From IMG/VR virus record IMGVR_UViG_3300038829_000100, positions 1 to 47,479 of that record: DNA of 47,479 bases; one strand, written 5' to 3'. Below are positions 1-9,057 of this stretch, one piece after another. This DNA is from a virus (lineage: Duplodnaviria; Caudoviricetes). The notes beneath the pieces are model-generated. The model made no database searches. It was not told the DNA's origin and worked only from the letters and a program-made list of their open reading frames with translations. The translations under genes were made by a program, and so were the position numbers. How positions within the stretch are numbered: the stretch's first letter is position 1; every line of letters starts with the position of its first letter.

Positions 1-1
1 C

Positions 2-202
2 TTTAGCTGGTTGACGGCTGAGCGTGAGAAGCAGCTGGCAGAGCTGGTGCCTTACGAGCAGGCAAGAGAGAAGTTGCTGGAAAGTATTCAGCCGCGAGAG
101 CGCGAGCTTGTAGCTACGATTAAAGAAAAGCGTAAAGGACTTTACGAAATTGATTGTGAACGGGCAGCTATAGCTCGCGCTTTAAACGGGAAGACCGGTT
201 GA
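2..202 (+). CDS. 3' part of small coiled-coil hypothetical protein spanning the circular junction (true start 47267)
   Basis: Same frame and sequence as the ORF starting at ATG 47267 (MVNKFDREEWRKRF...YEQAREKLLES...). Confidence 0.8.
   Translation, partial: FSWLTAEREKQLAELVPYEQAREKLLESIQPRERELVATIKEKRKGLYEIDCERAAIARALNGKTG
49..175 (+). repeat. Terminal direct repeat, left copy (127 bp, likely assembly overlap)
   Basis: Identical to 47353-47479. The length of 127 equals a common assembler k-mer size. Confidence 0.92.
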
Positions 203-1125
203 TGTTGGCTTTTTCAAATAGCAAACTCCCTCTTGCTGTTATAAGCCAAGCTACTAACTATTCAAACGGTGCGGGCTCGTTAGGCACAGTTATAACACCT
301 GGAGCCGGTAATGTTAAAGGAAGTTATGTAGGCTTGTCGGGTACGTTTGCACCACTTATGAACTGGGAAAGAGCACAAAACCCGTGCTTTTTAGGTATCA
401 AGTTTATATCTGGTGCTGTTGCCGCTGCAGCTAGAGATATTTTAGTGGACATTGCCTATGAAGAAGTTGGTGTAGGGTCCTCTCCAGACCGAATAGTAAT
501 TTCAAACTTATTAGCTTCGTGTGCAGCGCCAGAAACAGCGGGCGGAGGACAACAATACTTTTTTCCGTTACAGGTAGGAACTACAACCGGTACCGGCGCG
601 TTACTATTACAAGGTAGAGCTTCTGTCAATAATGCTACAGCTGGCGCGGTAACGGCCTGTATAACTGCCTATAATACGGAGGGTGTATCTGGAGCGAGCT
701 ATCGAGGAGTAGTTCCGCACGATACTACTTTAGGTATGTCCGTTGAAACACTTGGTGTTGTACCGGCAAGCTCCCGTGGAACTTTAATTACACCGGGTAA
801 TGGTGGTGTAACTGGGTTATGGACCGTCTTGGGTATTACGCAAAGAAATACTTATGCTTGGCAAGTTGGTCTCGGCATTAACGACGCTACAATGAACCTC
901 TTAGCATATACAGTTGACCTTGCTTTTGGCACTGTTGATTTTAAAGTGCCTTTAGTTTTAGGTGCTCAATACGTTACCACAGCGTCGGAGCAAATAATTC
1001 AGACTACCCTTAATCCTCCTTTATTTAATAAAGTACCGGTGGGTAGTACAATCTACACTCGTGTTACTTGTTCGGGTACTCCAGACAGTAATGTTAGTGT
1101 AGCAGCTTATGGTGTACAGTTATGA
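199..1125 (+). CDS. Putative virion structural protein (beta-rich), paralog of 1122..1949
   Basis: Gly/Thr/Val-rich. Shares blocks TPGAGNVKGS, GGGQQYFFPL and VETLGVVPASSRGT with the next ORF. Located in the morphogenesis arm. Confidence 0.6.
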   Translation: MMLAFSNSKLPLAVISQATNYSNGAGSLGTVITPGAGNVKGSYVGLSGTFAPLMNWERAQNPCFLGIKFISGAVAAAARDILVDIAYEEVGVGSSPDRIVISNLLASCAAPETAGGGQQYFFPLQVGTTTGTGALLLQGRASVNNATAGAVTACITAYNTEGVSGASYRGVVPHDTTLGMSVETLGVVPASSRGTLITPGNGGVTGLWTVLGITQRNTYAWQVGLGINDATMNLLAYTVDLAFGTVDFKVPLVLGAQYVTTASEQIIQTTLNPPLFNKVPVGSTIYTRVTCSGTPDSNVSVAAYGVQL

Positions 1126-1949
1126 CCCTAAAATCCTTCACTTTTGGGGGTTTTTCTAAGGTTGTACACAATACAGAAGCGCCTAGTGTTGATACACCGG
1201 GTATAAATATAATACCCGGTGCTAGTAACGTTAAAGGAAGTTGGACAACTATTTTAGATCCTTTACCGCATGATGTGTTTGCTTTAAATATTGGTTTTTA
1301 TAATGGAGATGTTTCAGCGACCAACCGCGGCTCTTTATGCGATATTGGTATTGATCTATCTGGCGGCACAACTTTTTCTGTATTAATACCCGATTTACTG
1401 TGCGGGTCGGCTGCACCTGGGTCATTGGGAGGTGGGCAAAAATATAGCTTTCCCTTGTTTATACCAAGCGGAGCTACAGTTGGAGCCAGGGCGCAGACAG
1501 CCGCTGCAGCATCAGGCACTTTGAACGTAGCAATTAGTGGATATGGTGGAATTAAAGACAATCATTTCTTTAAAGTAGGACGTAAAGTTGAGGCTTTAGG
1601 TATTGTTTCAGCTTCATCTCGTGGAACGACTATTGTGTCAGGAGCGACAAGTTTTGGATCGCCTACCTTTGATGGTTTTTATGCTGAGCATGGATTTAGT
1701 GTAAATAGTGCAGCTATGACCGCAGTACGCTACCACACACACCTTTTTTCTACAGATCGTATAGCTAACGTAGAAAGAAATAATTTTAAAGTACATGTGA
1801 CTACCGCACTTGAACAAGTAATTGGGGTGTGTACTAATCCATTCTATACATTTGGGATTATAAAGACAACAGATACTTGGAGCATTACAGCTTCGGCAAA
1901 CGCAGCCTTTATTGCTGGTATTTCAGCTGCTATCTACATAGTGAGGTAA
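1122..1949 (+). CDS. Putative virion structural protein, paralog of 199..1125
   Basis: Blocks IPGASNVKGS, GGGQKYSFPL and VEALGIVSASSRGT; ATGA overlap with the upstream gene. Confidence 0.6.
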   Translation: MTLKSFTFGGFSKVVHNTEAPSVDTPGINIIPGASNVKGSWTTILDPLPHDVFALNIGFYNGDVSATNRGSLCDIGIDLSGGTTFSVLIPDLLCGSAAPGSLGGGQKYSFPLFIPSGATVGARAQTAAAASGTLNVAISGYGGIKDNHFFKVGRKVEALGIVSASSRGTTIVSGATSFGSPTFDGFYAEHGFSVNSAAMTAVRYHTHLFSTDRIANVERNNFKVHVTTALEQVIGVCTNPFYTFGIIKTTDTWSITASANAAFIAGISAAIYIVR

Positions 1950-1950
1950 C

Positions 1951-2298
1951 ATGGCGCTAACACAACTGTATAGTGGCACAGCCACCATTAGTACTAGCGA
2001 ATATAGTTTGGTTAACAATTCTACAACGCTAGCCAATGCTACAGATGACGGTGTTTTTCAACTCTTTCTGGACACAAATGCGTTAACCTCTTCGGAAGAG
2101 TATACGTTGCGTATATATGAAAAAGTATTAAGCTCAAGTACGAAGAGGATTGTTTGGGTTAGCACGTTGCTTGGTGTGCAGGCAGAGCCTGTTATAGTAA
2201 CACCAGCTTTAACGCTTATGCACGGTTGGGATTTTACGTTTATACGTATAGCTGGAACAGATAGAGCCTTTGACTGGAGCATACGACAGCTAACATGA
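1951..2298 (+). CDS. Hypothetical virion-associated protein
   Basis: 115-aa ORF with GAGG RBS, tightly packed in the structural operon. Confidence 0.6.
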   Translation: MALTQLYSGTATISTSEYSLVNNSTTLANATDDGVFQLFLDTNALTSSEEYTLRIYEKVLSSSTKRIVWVSTLLGVQAEPVIVTPALTLMHGWDFTFIRIAGTDRAFDWSIRQLT

Positions 2299-2789
2299 GC
2301 TTTATTCACACTCCGCTTCATAGTACAGCGTTAGCGTTAGCTCTTGTAGCCGAGCCAGCAAACTTTACGCTTTCAGCACAGAATGCTGTGCTCATACGCG
2401 CATATAAGTTAACAGCCGCGGCTGCTACCTTTACTTTGAATGCACAAGCAATAACGCTACAACGCGCATATAAGTTAACAGCAAGTGTAGGCACTTTTAA
2501 TTTAGTTGCAAACACTATAGCTTCACTTAATACAATTAAAGCTGATCCTGGGCAGTTTGTTCTTAATGCTCAGGCCGTTACCCTTACCACGCCGCGTCAT
2601 ATTTATCTTGATGCAGCTTCGTTTGTAATGGTGCCGCAGAATGTAGCTTTTAGTGTTGGAGCGGCGCCTGACTGGCAGGTAAGTGGTGGCGTTACTGGTA
2701 GCTGGACGCTGGCAGCAAATGCTAATGGAACGTGGACAGCTGTCGCGCAGCTTAGTGGAACGTGGGCAAAGCAGAGTGAGTTGCCATGA
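2295..2789 (+). CDS. Repeat-containing putative fibre/structural protein
   Basis: About 22-aa repeats (FTLxAQ...RAYKLTA); ATGA overlaps at both ends. Confidence 0.6.
   Translation: MSFIHTPLHSTALALALVAEPANFTLSAQNAVLIRAYKLTAAAATFTLNAQAITLQRAYKLTASVGTFNLVANTIASLNTIKADPGQFVLNAQAVTLTTPRHIYLDAASFVMVPQNVAFSVGAAPDWQVSGGVTGSWTLAANANGTWTAVAQLSGTWAKQSELP
2396..2482 (+). repeat. 21-bp exact direct repeat, 66 nt apart (intragenic)
   Basis: ACGCGCATATAAGTTAACAGC at 2396-2416 and 2462-2482. Confidence 0.9.
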
Positions 2790-3436
2790 CACGAGATGAA
2801 GCAGTTGCTACCATTCAAATGGTCTTAGGCCACCGCACAGACTTGGTGACTAAGATACAGGACTCTATGCGGCTAGCGCAGGTGATGCTAGAACGCGGTC
2901 CGACTAAGCCTTGGTTCTTGCTTACTGAAAGTGCTACTATTCGGACAACGGCTGATGAAGGCCGTGTCCGGGTGCCCGACGATTTCATCGTCGAAGCTGA
3001 AAACCTTCACCTCTATTATATTCCTGACGATACTGACGAGCTTCCTGTTAAGCTTGCTAAGGACGAGTTTGACACCTTAAAAAAGAATTTTGCTGAAAGC
3101 GACCCTGACGAGAATGAAGCTGCAGAGCCACAGGCTTATGCGCTGATAGGAGATTACTTTTATATCTTTCCTACCCCCGATGCGCTCTATCAGATCGAAA
3201 TGCGCTACTTGGCTAACGCTGCAGCGTTAACCGCTAATATTGAAAACGGTTGGCTGAAATATAATCCTTACGTGTTGATAGGTAAGACGGGCTGGTTGGT
3301 AGCGAAAAGCATTAACAACGACGTAGCGGCCAGTACTTTCTCTATGATGGAAAAAGAAGGCCGACTGGTGTTGGCCGCTGACGAAGTCGAGCGCGATCTC
3401 GCCAACCGTGAGTTGCAAATTGGAGGACCCCACTGA
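2786..3436 (+). CDS. Head-tail adaptor (tail tubular protein A-like)
   Basis: About 216 aa with vPdDF, P..Y.....fyifPtPD and NGWLKYNP motifs typical of podophage adaptors; lies upstream of the fibre and nozzle genes. Confidence 0.7.
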   Translation: MTRDEAVATIQMVLGHRTDLVTKIQDSMRLAQVMLERGPTKPWFLLTESATIRTTADEGRVRVPDDFIVEAENLHLYYIPDDTDELPVKLAKDEFDTLKKNFAESDPDENEAAEPQAYALIGDYFYIFPTPDALYQIEMRYLANAAALTANIENGWLKYNPYVLIGKTGWLVAKSINNDVAASTFSMMEKEGRLVLAADEVERDLANRELQIGGPH

Positions 3437-4662
3437 TGGGACTAGAGTCAGCAACTTACGTTAGTGGTCTAGTGGCCGCTAATCCGACCGGCGCTGATGT
3501 GAAGGGCCAGGGCGACGACCACTTGCGTTTAATCAAGGCAACGCTTCAAGCAACTTTTCCTAATGCAGATCAAAGCCTTTACTTTCCGCGCACAGTCGCA
3601 ACGGTTGCTGGCAACGTAACGGTTAATAACACCACTGATGATGGTAAGCATTCCTTCGTCAGTGCAAGCGCGGCGGCACGAACGGTGAGCTTGCCGTCAA
3701 CTTCGGGCTTGAAGGACCACTTTCGCCATACGGTCGTTAAGTATGATACCAGTAAGAACACAGTCACTATAACGCCGAACGGCGCCGACACTATTAACGG
3801 TGCCGCCTCCTATGTGATGCGTAGAGCTTATGAGACAAGGACGTTTATATGGTCGAGCGCGAACTCCGTTTGGACAATTGAAGCTGATGGCGGCGTAGAT
3901 ACCGCGGTGCCGCCAATCGACGCAACAGCTGACTTTAGTGTAGCTTACACCGACGATGGTTTGATCAGGCGCGTGAGCGCCTCAGCGGCTGCGCGCACGG
4001 TTACTCTAGTTAATACAGTGTTTGTTGGCTTTAGCGTGACAGTTCAGAAAACGGACTCTACAGTCAATACTGTTACGATTGATGGCTCTGGTGCGGGCAA
4101 TATTAATGGGCAAGCAACTATTGTTTTGCGCTATCAATTTCAAAGCGCGACTTTTACCTATACGGGGACCGAGTGGATTTGTACCTACGACCCAGATGCG
4201 TCTATACCTATAGGTGGTTGGATAGGGTGGTTTCTTGAAACGACACCAAGCAGTAAATGGCTCTTCCCGGAAGGTCAGGCTATCTCGCGCACGACTTATG
4301 CGGCTCTCTTTGCAAAGTGGGGTACAAATTATGGTGTAGGCGACGGCAGCACGACCTTCAATATGCCGGACTTTAAGGGTAGGTTCCCGCGCGCGTGGGA
4401 TCACGCCGCTGGGGTAGATCCTGACGCAGCGAGCCGCACTAGTCGCGGCGATGGAACGACCGGAGACAAGATCGGTACCAAGCAAGAAGACGCTTTTAAG
4501 TCTCATGATCATAGTTATACACGGGGTACGAATGCCAATATTGCAGCGGCTGGTAGTAATAACGGTCAGACCCTTGGTGGTAATACTACAGGTGCTACAG
4601 GAGGAAATGAAACCAGGCCGAAGAATATATCGACCGGTATAATCTTTAGGGTTCTGCCGTAA
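3436..4662 (+). CDS. Tail fibre protein with tail-collar domain
   Basis: N-terminal attachment motif GDDHLRLIK; two internal repeats (VSASAAARTV...TVTI...ING); collar motif GQAISRTTYAALF...GDGSTTFNMPDFKGRF; C-terminal ETRPKN. Confidence 0.85.
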   Translation: MGLESATYVSGLVAANPTGADVKGQGDDHLRLIKATLQATFPNADQSLYFPRTVATVAGNVTVNNTTDDGKHSFVSASAAARTVSLPSTSGLKDHFRHTVVKYDTSKNTVTITPNGADTINGAASYVMRRAYETRTFIWSSANSVWTIEADGGVDTAVPPIDATADFSVAYTDDGLIRRVSASAAARTVTLVNTVFVGFSVTVQKTDSTVNTVTIDGSGAGNINGQATIVLRYQFQSATFTYTGTEWICTYDPDASIPIGGWIGWFLETTPSSKWLFPEGQAISRTTYAALFAKWGTNYGVGDGSTTFNMPDFKGRFPRAWDHAAGVDPDAASRTSRGDGTTGDKIGTKQEDAFKSHDHSYTRGTNANIAAAGSNNGQTLGGNTTGATGGNETRPKNISTGIIFRVLP

Positions 4663-6263
4663 TGGCTAAGCGCGCAAAGAAAGCTGACAATCCTATTACT
4701 GTGCCGATACATAACGTCGGTACAAAAGGTTGGATTGCGGATATCGAGCCGCATCTTATTCCGCCTAATGCTTGGTCGAACGCGCAAAACGTTCGTTTCA
4801 GCAAACGTGGCGTCGAGCGCATTAGCGGCCATACGCAGGTATTCGGTACGCTTTCAACTGTGCCGGAGTTTGTCCTGTCGGTGCCTAGCGCCAGTCAAAC
4901 TTATTGGCTTTATACGTCACTAACTAAAGCTTACGTTTATGATGGAGCAGTTCATACAGACATTACCCGCACGAGCGGTGGCGATTATGCACCGGTTGTT
5001 GGTCATGACTGGAACGGAACTATTTTAGGTGGTGTGCCTATTATTAACAGTGGAACGGATATTCCACAATATTGGCCTTCGCTTAATCCAGCCGTTCCAC
5101 TAGCCAACTTGACTAGTTGGACCAGCACGATGAGGGCAAAGCGAATTATAGCTTTTGGTCCTTACTTAGTAGCTTTGAACTTAACGCTTTCGGGTGTTAA
5201 CTTTGGACACATGTTACAGTGGTCGCATAAGGCCGATCCCGGCACCCTACCTACTTCGTGGGATTATACCAATCCGGCGGTAGACGCCGGTCGTTTAGAG
5301 CTAACGGATATTCATGGTGGCGTTATAGTTGACGGTGAACTTCTAGGCAATAAGCTGATTATTTATAAAGCTTCAGCTATTCACTCGTTGCGCTTCATTG
5401 GTGGGGTTAGCATCTTTTCGCCCGAGTTGTTGCTGTCAACCGCGGGTATCTTAACGTCGAAGTGTGCAACAGCTTTCGATAAAGGTACTAAGCACTTGGT
5501 CGTAACAGCTGACGACATTCTAATTCATGCGGGCGAAAAGAGTGCACAGTCCGTAGTCGAAGATAAAGTAAAGAAGGCTATTTTTGGTGAAATAGATAGC
5601 ACGAATTACGTTAACTCGTTTGTCTTCGACAATTCACCGGCTAAGGAGGTTTGGTTTTGTTTTCCAGGCAGTGGCACAACGTATCCTAACCTCGTAGCTA
5701 TCTGGAATTATAAAGACGATACTTGGGTGGTAAGGGATCTCGACGCTGTAAGTGCTGATCGCGGGGCTATCTCGACTTCTAGTGCTGAAACGTGGGACTC
5801 TGACACTCAAGCGTGGAACGACGACAGCGAGCCATGGGCCAACACCAGCCTAGAGAAAATCGTAGTCGTTAGTAAGACGGCCAGTAAAGCTTATCAGGTT
5901 GACTCAGGTGTTTTGTTCGATACGTCGACGCCAACTTGTTTTATTGAACGGCTTGGCTTGGCTTACGACGATACTGACGAGACCGGTCAGCCAAAAGCTA
6001 ACTTCTCAACGCGCAAGCTGTGCACGAGAATTTGGTTGAAGATGAAAGGGACAGGTCAAGTTAATGTGCGTGTAGGTTGGCAAGACAACGTGCAGGATGC
6101 TGTTACTTGGAATGAAACGCAAACTTTCAATCCGCTTACCGAGAAGTACTTAGACGTGACCGTTAACGGTCGCTTAATGGCTTTACGCATCGAGTCGAGC
6201 ACTACAGTTTATTGGTCACTGCAAGGTTACGACCTTGAAATGTCAACCCTTAGTCAGTTGTGA
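4662..6263 (+). CDS. Tail nozzle / stabilisation protein (tubular protein B / P22 gp10-like)
   Basis: 533 aa, beta-propeller-like. N-terminal G...D..P..IPPNAWSNAQNVRF motif; position after adaptor and fibre. Confidence 0.72.
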   Translation: MAKRAKKADNPITVPIHNVGTKGWIADIEPHLIPPNAWSNAQNVRFSKRGVERISGHTQVFGTLSTVPEFVLSVPSASQTYWLYTSLTKAYVYDGAVHTDITRTSGGDYAPVVGHDWNGTILGGVPIINSGTDIPQYWPSLNPAVPLANLTSWTSTMRAKRIIAFGPYLVALNLTLSGVNFGHMLQWSHKADPGTLPTSWDYTNPAVDAGRLELTDIHGGVIVDGELLGNKLIIYKASAIHSLRFIGGVSIFSPELLLSTAGILTSKCATAFDKGTKHLVVTADDILIHAGEKSAQSVVEDKVKKAIFGEIDSTNYVNSFVFDNSPAKEVWFCFPGSGTTYPNLVAIWNYKDDTWVVRDLDAVSADRGAISTSSAETWDSDTQAWNDDSEPWANTSLEKIVVVSKTASKAYQVDSGVLFDTSTPTCFIERLGLAYDDTDETGQPKANFSTRKLCTRIWLKMKGTGQVNVRVGWQDNVQDAVTWNETQTFNPLTEKYLDVTVNGRLMALRIESSTTVYWSLQGYDLEMSTLSQL

Positions 6264-6270
6264 GGTTAAA

Positions 6271-6675
6271 GTGGCAAAATTCAAGTTCAGCGCTAGAAGT
6301 GAGGGCAACCTCGCCGGGGTGCACCCTAAGCTGCAAGCGGTAGTTCGCCGGGCTTTAGAGTTGACGCCGATAGATTTCCTTCTAACTGATGGCTTAAGAA
6401 CTGTTGCTGAACAGCGTCGGTTTGTGAAGCAGGGCAAGTCGAAGACAATGAAAAGCAAGCACCTTACAGGTAGGGCTATCGACTACGTGGCTTGGGAGGG
6501 CGGCACTTATAGCTATTCGGAAAAGAAAATGACAGCGATAGCGGCAGCTTTCAAGAGGGCTGCGCTTGAGCTAAAAGTTCCCATCGATTGGGGCGGCGAT
6601 TGGAAAGGCTTTGTAGACACGCCCCACATTCAGTTGCAAGATGGTTTTGCAACCAACTGGAGTCCGAAACTATGA
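6271..6675 (+). CDS. Endolysin, M15 family L-Ala-D-Glu peptidase
   Basis: FSARSEGNLAGVHPKL, GLRT..EQ, SKHLTGRAID, WGGDW..FVDTPH motifs. GTG start at 6271 after GAGG. Confidence 0.9.
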   Translation: MAKFKFSARSEGNLAGVHPKLQAVVRRALELTPIDFLLTDGLRTVAEQRRFVKQGKSKTMKSKHLTGRAIDYVAWEGGTYSYSEKKMTAIAAAFKRAALELKVPIDWGGDWKGFVDTPHIQLQDGFATNWSPKL

Positions 6676-6848
6676 CAGTAGAACAGTGGTTGGGCCTTGT
6701 CAGGCATTTGCTTACCTTTGCCGGTGGGTGGATGGTAAGCATGGGCTACTTCGATGAAGGTACTATGCAAGAGCTAATCGGTGCCGCCATTACTGTAATT
6801 GGTGCGGTGTGGTCTTACGCCAGTAAGGCGCCACTGAGCTATAGGTGA
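6672..6848 (+). CDS. Holin (two-TM small phage holin)
   Basis: MTVEQWLGLVRHLLTFAGG...IGAVWS; two hydrophobic helices; ATGA-coupled to the endolysin. Confidence 0.75.
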   Translation: MTVEQWLGLVRHLLTFAGGWMVSMGYFDEGTMQELIGAAITVIGAVWSYASKAPLSYR

Positions 6849-7090
6849 AAAAAATGATCAGGCTAGCAAGCTTGATGCTTTGGCTGGCGCTCGAACTATT
6901 TCGGTGGCTCGAGCGCCGCCAGATGCTAGATCAAGCAAGGCGTCAGGTGCTTCATGAATTGGAAGGTACAGCCGATGATCTTATCTCAGGCGCTAAACGG
7001 GCTATTAGTGGCGTCAGCAATGATCCCGCTGTTATTCTGGCAGACCCAAATAACAGAGATAACGCGCGCGAAGGTGGAGGCGGAAGTTAA
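6845..7090 (+). CDS. Putative i-spanin (Rz-like)
   Basis: N-terminal hydrophobic segment followed by a helical region; follows the holin and overlaps the next ORF. Confidence 0.55.
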   Translation: MKKMIRLASLMLWLALELFRWLERRQMLDQARRQVLHELEGTADDLISGAKRAISGVSNDPAVILADPNNRDNAREGGGGS

Positions 7091-7226
7091 GCGAACGATC
7101 TGTGCTAGCTTTGCTGAAGTAGGCTATTTGGGTTTTAGTGCTAGCAAAGATACGGCTGAGACAATCGCCGGAATTCGCAAGTATAATGCTGTGTATGGCA
7201 GCTTTAAGTGTGGAGCAACAAAATGA
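6954..7226 (+). CDS. Putative o-spanin-like (Rz1-like) protein, start uncertain
   Basis: Overlaps the i-spanin in another frame. C-terminal C...S..DTAETI..I..YNA.Y...C pattern; no clear lipobox. Confidence 0.45.
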   Translation: MNWKVQPMILSQALNGLLVASAMIPLLFWQTQITEITRAKVEAEVKRTICASFAEVGYLGFSASKDTAETIAGIRKYNAVYGSFKCGATK

Positions 7227-7555
7227 ACTTGAAAGCTCGAGTAGCGGCAGCGGCCACGACAAACGCCACGCTGGTGAAGGGGGCGCCGGGCCGGCTTAAA
7301 TCAATCAATGTAGCAAATGGTGCTATAGCGGCTAAGTTTCTTAAGCTTTACGATTTAGCTGTAGCGCCTACTGTTGGTACGTCTGTACCCGTTGCTACGT
7401 TTCTTATACCTACGCTTGGGCGTTGTGACCTTAACTTTGGTGCCGGACTGCTCTTTACTGTAGGTATTGCTTACGCTATTACTGGGGCTATAGCAGATAG
7501 TGATACTACAGCTGTAGCTGCTAATGACGTTCACGGTGTGATAGGGTATCAGTGA
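7223..7555 (+). CDS. Hypothetical (probable minor virion) protein
   Basis: ATG 7223 after GGAG; Ala/Thr/Val-rich beta protein (LKLYD.A.APTVGT..P). Confidence 0.6.
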   Translation: MNLKARVAAAATTNATLVKGAPGRLKSINVANGAIAAKFLKLYDLAVAPTVGTSVPVATFLIPTLGRCDLNFGAGLLFTVGIAYAITGAIADSDTTAVAANDVHGVIGYQ

Positions 7556-7797
7556 TGGCTTATATTCGTTCTACACTACCTGATAAAGAAAGCTTGCTGG
7601 ACTGGCTAAGTAAAGAGTTCGAAGCGGTCGAGCAGGCTCTAGCTTTGCACGACGTAGTAAAGTTGAAGGAATTGCATTCACCGCCCGTGCGGTTGCAAAC
7701 AGGCCAAATTGTACTAGCAGACGGCACTGATTGGAACCCGGGATCAGGAGCCGGCATTTATGGATACTACGCAGGAAGTTGGCACAAGCTCGGATAG
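7555..7797 (+). CDS. Hypothetical tail-associated protein
   Basis: C-terminal ADGTDWNPGSGAGIYGYYAGSW motif; coupled to its neighbours. Confidence 0.6.
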   Translation: MAYIRSTLPDKESLLDWLSKEFEAVEQALALHDVVKLKELHSPPVRLQTGQIVLADGTDWNPGSGAGIYGYYAGSWHKLG

Positions 7798-8221
7798 GTG
7801 CTATCTCGTTTCACGAGATCAGCTAGCGCTGGTGTGGGGCCGCATCGACGAGTTGCTGCAGCAGCACCCCGCCGGGCTTACTGAGTTTTACGAGCCAGAG
7901 GATATCTTTCAGCAAGTAATGATGGACTCCTCCTATGAAGTTTGGGTGGTGGTAGAACAAGGCTGTATAGTGGCGGCTTCAATTTGGTGTCTAGCTCGGT
8001 ATCCGAAGAAAAGCGTCTATAGCTGTTATTGGCTTGGCGGAACAGGGTTGCGTAAGCACTATCACCACACGATGGAGACACTACTCTCTTACTGTAAAGC
8101 GTGTCACATTGATGAGCTGGCATTTAATGGCCGGAAAGGGTGGGCGTTGTTGTTGGCGCCTTGGGATTTCAAGTTAAGCGTGCGGCTTACTAAGGACGTG
8201 CGTATGAAGTGGAGACACTAA
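7760..8221 (+). CDS. Putative GNAT-fold tail/virion assembly protein (T7 gp13-like position)
   Basis: WLGGTGL...C......GRKGW pattern; sits immediately before the ejection proteins. Confidence 0.5.
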   Translation: MDTTQEVGTSSDRCYLVSRDQLALVWGRIDELLQQHPAGLTEFYEPEDIFQQVMMDSSYEVWVVVEQGCIVAASIWCLARYPKKSVYSCYWLGGTGLRKHYHHTMETLLSYCKACHIDELAFNGRKGWALLLAPWDFKLSVRLTKDVRMKWRH

Positions 8222-8222
8222 G

Positions 8223-9047
8223 ATGGGTAGCGCACCGGCTCCTAAGCCAATTACGCAAACCAGCAGCTTCCAGATGAGTCCACAGCAGACCAAGCTGTTC
8301 AATCTGGCGATGCCTTACGCTACCCAGTATGCTAAGTCGACGCCAGCGCTTTATGGCGGCCAGACTATAGCTAATCTAGCACCTAATGAAATTGCTGGAC
8401 AGCAGGGTGCAGTAGCAGCGGCAACTGGTACAGGAACGCAGCTGGCCAATAATATGGCGACGGCTAATAATTTTCTACTTGATCCCTCTATACTTAGTCC
8501 GGGAAGCAACCCGGCGCTGGCAGCACATGGCAGCGCCATAGCTAATACTATGAACCAAAGTCTTGTAGAGCAGGTGCTGCCCAATTTGCGTGCGGGCGCG
8601 ACTGTAGCGGGCGGTGCGTATTCAGGCGGCAACACGCGAGACCAGTTAGCTGAAGGAACGGCTACAGGTCGAACGCAGCAAGAAATAGGTGATGCTCTAA
8701 GCAGCCTCTATGATACTTCTTATCGTTCTGGCTTGCAGGCAATACAGAGCGGCGTTTCACAAGCGCCTGCTACGCAGGCCGCTCAACTTTTTGGGCCAAA
8801 GGTCCAGGCGGCAATAGGCGCGCAAGAGCGTGCTACAACACAAGCTGGTTTAGATGAAGCTCAGAAACGATTTTACCTGGAGCAACAACTGCCGTTCTTA
8901 CGGGCACAGGAACTAATGGGGCTGGTTAGTGGTATGCCCGGCGGTACCTCGATAGGAACAGTCACGCCATCTATGCCACAAACCGATCCTATGCAACAAA
9001 TACTTGGTACAGGCTTAGGCTTGGCCGGTCTTATGATGGGTAAATGA
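8223..9047 (+). CDS. Internal virion / DNA ejection protein
   Basis: Gln/Ala/Gly-rich with GGAYSGGNTR and a hydrophobic Gly-rich C-terminus; first of the ejection cluster. Confidence 0.65.
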   Translation: MGSAPAPKPITQTSSFQMSPQQTKLFNLAMPYATQYAKSTPALYGGQTIANLAPNEIAGQQGAVAAATGTGTQLANNMATANNFLLDPSILSPGSNPALAAHGSAIANTMNQSLVEQVLPNLRAGATVAGGAYSGGNTRDQLAEGTATGRTQQEIGDALSSLYDTSYRSGLQAIQSGVSQAPATQAAQLFGPKVQAAIGAQERATTQAGLDEAQKRFYLEQQLPFLRAQELMGLVSGMPGGTSIGTVTPSMPQTDPMQQILGTGLGLAGLMMGK

Positions 9048-9057
9048 GGATAAAGTT

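Noticed and set aside
1-175. Diversity-generating retroelement (TR/VR pair) or biological terminal repeat
   Set aside because: The mismatches are not adenine-specific and no reverse transcriptase is present. The exact part is 127 bp and lies mid-gene, consistent with an assembler overlap.
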